64,000 nt of DNA from the human T2T-CHM13v2.0 reference genome, Homo sapiens: the NCBI RefSeq assembly GCF_009914755.1, contig NC_060948.1. One strand, 5' to 3'. Under the pieces are notes generated by a model. That model made no database searches. It was not told the origin of the DNA and was given only the letters and a program-made list of their open reading frames with translations. The translations under genes were made by a program, and so were the position numbers. Numbering within the stretch: the stretch's first letter is position 1; every line of letters starts with the position of its first letter. Positions 60,407-64,000 of the stretch are shown here, piece after piece.

Positions 60407-61880
60407 AGATCCATATTTTTTAAATGAAAAAAAATTTTCAAAGTTATTCTGCTTGGTACAATAATCAAATATATAAACTGAGGGTTAAAACATAACCTTG
60501 GAACATATTTATAAGTGCATATGGAAAATACAGAGGATAATTTTTTAAATAACATATTTTGAAAGCCTTAACTAGTAATTTGAAGAGTTGGCATTTGAAA
60601 GGCCAGTATGAATATACCTTCAAAGCAGCAACACAGGTTCCCCATGAGAAAAATCAAACTTAGGGAAAATAAAACCACAAAGGTTCAATCTTTTCTGACC
60701 TTTGAAAGACACAGCACAGACAGTGGTCCTTAGGACGAAGAGCAGGAGACCCCCTAATTCCGTCACCATGGCGATAGGGCATAAACATTGCTGGGTGAGG
60801 GCACAATCCACATTGTGAGGTCCAACTGCTGCCAGGAAGACAGGAGTGCTTTTACATAGACCCAAATGTCATTGAAGGCTCAGTGTTTTGTTTCAAAAAC
60901 TGAATCCCAAGCCCACACGTTATTATGCTGTGCTTCTTAAAAAAAGTTATGAGATGGGAAATAGGGCACCCACAATTATATCTATACATTATGTATATAA
61001 TAATATATAGAATCATATATATAATATATGTAACATATATATATAATACTGTTTTACATCCTGCAGTTATATTATATATATTATATGTATTATAATAACT
61101 GGTAATGTATAAGTATTATATTTATACACTATGACATATAATAATTATATTTTATGCCGTATATAATATATATTATATATCATATACCAAATATATTATA
61201 TGGTTAATATACGTATTAAATATATAATATACATTATAAATATTATATCTACGTTATATATAACATTCACTATAGTTAATATATATATTATATCTAGCTT
61301 ATATATAATATAAAATAACATATAATAATATATAACTGTATATATAAAATATGACATATAATATATATTATATTTTATGACATATATATGATATGTATTA
61401 TATATTATATATAATATGTTGTAAGTATAATACATGTATTAAATATATATTATATGTCTATGTTATTAATTATATGTAATATATGTTACATATTACATAT
61501 TTGATATAGAATACACATGTTACATAGAATATATTCTATGTTACATATAACGTAGAATTTATTATGTGTAATATAATGTATGGCATATATTATAAATTCC
61601 TTATAATATACAATATGTGGAATGTGATATATATAACTTGTAATATATGATATATGATATACAATATATGTTATATAACATACAATATATGATACATAAT
61701 ATATATGGTATAGAATATATATTTTATGTTATATATTAAATATGTTTTATATTTTATTATATATAAATATTTAAAATTATATATAACTGTATAATGTTAT
61801 ACGTAAATATATAATATACTACATATAACCATATATTATGTTATATAAAATTTTATTACCTACTTTCCATAATATATCAT

Positions 61881-64000
61881 ATGGACTCCTTTGGAATGGT
61901 CTAGTATGCAATGCAATCGACTGGCAGGGAATTAAAAGGAATGCAATCGAATGGATTGCACAGGAATGCAATGGACTCGAATAGATTGGAAACAGAATGC
62001 AAAGGAATGGAATGGAATAGTATGGAATGGAATGGAAAGGAATGGAGTGGAATAGACTAGAGTAGAATGGAATTTACTCGAAAGCAATGGACTGGAGTAG
62101 AACTTTCTTGAATGGGCTGGAATCAAACGGAATGGAATGCTGTGCAATCAAATAGAATGAAAGAGAATCAAATCCAATCGAATGGATTGGAAAGGAATTG
62201 ACTGAAATGGAATGGACTAGAATGGAAGGCAAAGGAATGGAATCTATAGGAATGGACTGTAATGGAATGGAATGGAAGGGATTGGAATGGAATCGAATGG
62301 AATGGACTGCAATAGAAAGGATTCGAATGGAATGAAAAAGAATTGAATGGAATAGAACAGAATGGAATCAAATCGAATGAAATGGAATGGAATAGAAAGG
62401 ATTCGAATGGAATGCAATCGAACGGAATGGAATCGAACGGAATGGAATAAAATGGAAGAAAACTGGCAAGAAATGGAATCGAAATGAATGGAGTGTTATG
62501 GAACGGACTCAAAAGGAATTGAATGTAATAGAATGGAGTGGAGTGGACTCGAATATAATGGACTGGAATGGAATGAAATCACATGGAATGGGAACGAATG
62601 GAATGGAATGGAAAGGAATGGAATCGAATGGAAAGGAATCGAATGGAAGGGAATGCAATTGAATCAACAGGAATGGAAGGGAATAGAATAGACGGTAATG
62701 GAATGGACTCGAATAGAATGGACACGAATGCTCAAATTGAATGGACTCGAATGGAATGGAAACGAAAGGAATGTCATCGAATGTAATTGAATTGATTGGA
62801 ATGAAATCGCATAGAATGGAGTGGAATCAAATGGAATTGAGTCGAAAGGAAAGGAAGCGAATGGACTGAAATGAAATGGAATGGAATTGAATGGAAAGTA
62901 ATGCAATGGAATAGAATGGAACGAAATTTCACGGAATGGAATCAAACTGAATGGAATCAAATCAATGGAATCAAATCAAATGGAATGGAAAGGAATTGAA
63001 TGGAGTAGATGGGATTGGATGGGATTGGAATGAAATGTACTGGAAAGAACTCGAATTTCATGAAACGGAATGGAATGAATTGGAACGGAATGGACTCGAA
63101 TGGAATGGAATGTCATGGAATGGCATCAAATGGAATGGCATCAAATGGAATGGAATCGAATGCTATGGAATGCTATGGAATGGAATGGAATGCATTGGAA
63201 TGGAATGTCCTCTAATGGAATGGATTCGAGTGGAATGGAATCGAATATAATGGAGTCGAATGAAATGGAATTGAAAGGAATGGTACCGAATACAATGGAA
63301 TATACAGGAATGTAATGTAATGAACTCGAATGTAATTGACTGCAATGGAATGTACATGAATGGAATGTAATCGAATGGAAAGTAATCCAATGGAATAGAA
63401 TCTAATGCAATAAAATCGACTCAAATAGAATAGAATGTAATGGAATGGAGTGCAGTGCAATGGAATGGAATGGAATGGAATGCAGTGGAATGGAATGGAA
63501 TGGAATGCAATGGAATGGAATGTATTAGAATGTAATGAACATTAATGGAATGTACTCGAATGGATTCGACTGGAATGGAATGTTCTGGAAGTTTATGGAC
63601 TCCAATGGAATAGATTCGAAAGGAATGGAATCGAACGGAATGGAATCTAATGGAATGGAATTAAATGGAAATGAATCAAATTGAATAGCACGGAATTGAA
63701 TTGAATGGAATAGAATGCAATGTAATCTAATGAAACAGAAAGGAAAGGAATGGAATGGAATGGAATGGGCTGGAATGGAATGGAATCGAAACGAATGGAA
63801 TGGAATCGAACTAAAGAGACTGGAATGGAATGCACTGGAATGGAAGGGAGTGTAATGGAAGGTTCTCGAAAAAAATGGAATCGAATGGAATGGAATTGAA
63901 TGGAACGGAATAGAGTCGAATGGAATTGAATGGAATGGAATGGACTAGAGTGAAATGGAATCGAACCACAAGGAATGGACAGGAATAGAATGGTCTCGAA
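61881..64000 (+). repeat. DYZ1: Human satellite 3, degenerate (GGAAT)n; probably the start of a DYZ1 block
   Basis: Pentamer GGAAT with CGAAT/GGACT/GCAAT variants runs to the window end. The HSat3 call is direct. DYZ1 is inferred from adjacency to DYZ2, and its ~3.6 kb period cannot be seen in 2.1 kb. Confidence 0.9.

Noticed and set aside
63720-63735. DUX4-like motif TAATCTAATGA and HSF-like nGAAn repeats in HSat3
   Set aside because: The match is imperfect, and such motifs are intrinsic to HSat3. Nothing here indicates a specific regulatory site.
61932-63835. MEWNG/FHSIP-type ORFs
   Set aside because: These are the standard translation artefact of (GGAAT)n.

Overview
This window is primate (very likely human) constitutive heterochromatin with no credible genes. 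Bases 1 to ~61880 are a head-to-tail array of a ~2.42 kb composite unit: a 292 bp antisense Alu, a ~570 bp moderate-GC HSATI-type segment, and a ~1.55 kb degenerate (TA)n-like domain. This matches HSat1B/DYZ2. There are 25 Alu-bearing units and one unit that has lost its Alu. At ~61881 the array switches abruptly to degenerate (GGAAT)n HSat3. A large homogeneous HSat1B block next to HSat3 is typical of the alternating DYZ2/DYZ1 blocks of Yq12, though an acrocentric short arm cannot be excluded by eye. All ORFs in the track look like repeat or low-complexity artefacts. I found no evidence of a new gene system. The informative signal is the array's internal history: a divergence gradient toward the junction, ancestral Alu states kept at the edge, 1-, 3- and 6-unit duplications, a ~1.12 kb deletion, transversion-dominated variant clusters, and apparent stepwise G gain in interior units. 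Units are numbered by Alu copy. Variant counts were made by eye and need confirmation by alignment.
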